Assembly (NCBI GenBank): GCA_046758505.1
Contig: JBHIAH010000051.1
Coordinates: 1-18,477, forward strand
Reading direction: 5' to 3'
Source of the DNA: Candidatus Methylomirabilales bacterium
GTDB taxonomy: Bacteria > Methylomirabilota > Methylomirabilia > Methylomirabilales > CSP1-5
Length of the DNA: 18,477 nt
Part shown: one piece after another, positions 17,382 through 18,477 of the stretch
Position numbering within the stretch: position 1 is the first letter of the stretch
Layout of the letters: each line of letters opens with the position of its first letter
Notes under the pieces: model-generated
The model's database searches: none
What the model was told of the DNA's origin: nothing
What the model saw: only the letters and a program-made list of their open reading frames with translations
Program-made: the position numbers and the translations under genes

Positions 17382-18189
17382 GAGTCGAACGGGAAGCGCG
17401 GAGCGCCTGACGGCCGAGGGCCTCGCCCACGAACTCGGGACCCGGGTCGTGGGACGCCGTATCCTGACGTATCCCGAGGTCGCGTCCACAAACACCGTCA
17501 CTTCGGAGCTGGCAGAGCGGGGGGAGCCGGAGGGGACGGTAGTCGTGGCGGAGACTCAGACGGCGGGGCGGGGACGGCTGGGAAGGACGTGGGTTTCGGC
17601 TTCGCATCTGGGGCTCTACACGTCCATCCTCCTTCGGCCGGCCGTGGACCCCGACGAGGCCTCGCTGTTGAGCCAGCTTGCCGCGGTGAGCCTGGCGGAC
17701 GCCCTGGCTCAGGTGGAGCCCACCGTCACCGTGCGGGTCAAATGGCCCAACGACCTCCTCATCGGGGATCGGAAGGTGGCGGGGATTCTCGTGGAGATCA
17801 AGACGGAAGGGGAGCGCATCCAGTACGCCGTGGTGGGGATCGGGGTCAACGTCAACCATGCCCGAACGGACTTTCCCGAGACACTCCAGGGGTCGGCAGG
17901 CTCCCTCTTCTTGGCTCTGGGCAAGCGGGTCTCCCGCCTGGACGTGGCCCGGGCCCTCTACCGGCAGTTTGACGTGGGGTACCGCCGCTTTCTCGAGAGG
18001 GAGAGTGGGCCGATGCTCGCCCGTCTGAGTGCCCTGTCCGCAACGGTTGGACGGTGGGTGCGGGTCGAGGCCGGCCGGCAGGAGTTTGAGGCCTTCGCCG
18101 AGGCAATCAACCCGGATGGGTCCCTGCGCGTTCGCCTCCCCGGCGGAGAGATGCGCAATCTCGTCTCAGGTGAGGTCAGCATCCGGTGA
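17371..18189 (+). CDS. birA: biotin--[acetyl-CoA-carboxylase] ligase (no N-terminal HTH)
   Basis: STN, QTAGRGRLGRTW, KWPND, KVAGIL, GIGVNV and C-terminal SGEVS. Overlaps the valS end. Confidence 0.95.
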   Translation: MRGESRTGSAERLTAEGLAHELGTRVVGRRILTYPEVASTNTVTSELAERGEPEGTVVVAETQTAGRGRLGRTWVSASHLGLYTSILLRPAVDPDEASLLSQLAAVSLADALAQVEPTVTVRVKWPNDLLIGDRKVAGILVEIKTEGERIQYAVVGIGVNVNHARTDFPETLQGSAGSLFLALGKRVSRLDVARALYRQFDVGYRRFLERESGPMLARLSALSATVGRWVRVEAGRQEFEAFAEAINPDGSLRVRLPGGEMRNLVSGEVSIR

Positions 18190-18200
18190 CCGACGATGAC

Positions 18201-18464
18201 GACTCGACTGAGCTCGCCGAAGTCCGCCTGCCAAGAGCTCGGAGGGACCTTCGTCGGCTGCGCCAAATTCTCCGAGGACGTGATGCGCCGGGGCAACCTT
18301 ACGCATGCTTGGGCGTTGTGGTTCGCTAATGCGGGCCACCCCCGCCTGCGCTGCGCTCCGGCGGCGGGACCCCGGCCAGTCCGAAGGACTCCGGACTCCT
18401 TCGGAGACGCAAGCCAGATGTCGCCAGCCTCGGAAGGAACCCCCTCCTCGCTCTTGGCGACATC
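18201..18464. repeat. palindrome-rich non-coding region (REP-like hairpin plus MITE-like long inverted repeat)
   Basis: GACTCGACTGAGCTCGCCGAAGTC hairpin (18201-18224); imperfect IR of about 31-34 bp at 18230-18260 and 18425-18458; TCCGAAGGA-N8-TCCTTCGGA (18380-18405); GATGTCGCCA/TGGCGACATC (18417-18464). Confidence 0.6.
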
Positions 18465-18477
18465 GGACCTCGGACCT

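Noticed and set aside
1470..17501. Long antisense ORFs (for example 1470-3002, 5161-6534, 6524-8437, 9608-10567, 15960-17501)
   Set aside because: Shadow frames opposite well-supported genes, expected with high-GC codon bias; no recognisable motifs.
18196..18477. Open reading frame running off the right end (MTTRLSSPK...)
   Set aside because: No SD, low-complexity translation and overlap with dense palindromes; it cannot be supported as a gene.

Overview
High-GC bacterial chromosomal window of mostly housekeeping genes: a PAS-GAF signalling protein (-), argS, an AlaC-like PLP aminotransferase, purF, an 89-aa RomX-like protein, a K+-dependent membrane pyrophosphatase (hppA, probably Na+-pumping), a DUF3891-like protein, a PflX-like radical SAM protein, fumC, a small 2-TM protein, ilvE (-), a RomR-like response regulator, valS and birA. 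The most notable observation is that homologs of both halves of the Myxococcus RomR-RomX GEF complex for the MglA polarity GTPase appear about 7 kb apart among housekeeping genes. Also present: a consensus sigma54 promoter driving a PAS-GAF protein that ends in a His-less HisKA-like helix with no ATPase domain, a probably leaderless purF, a highly structured leader in front of hppA, a terminator-like hairpin directly before valS, two MITE-like inverted-repeat elements, and 7-bp-periodic repeat arrays in several intergenic regions. All family assignments come from motif recognition and recalled sequences, not database searches.
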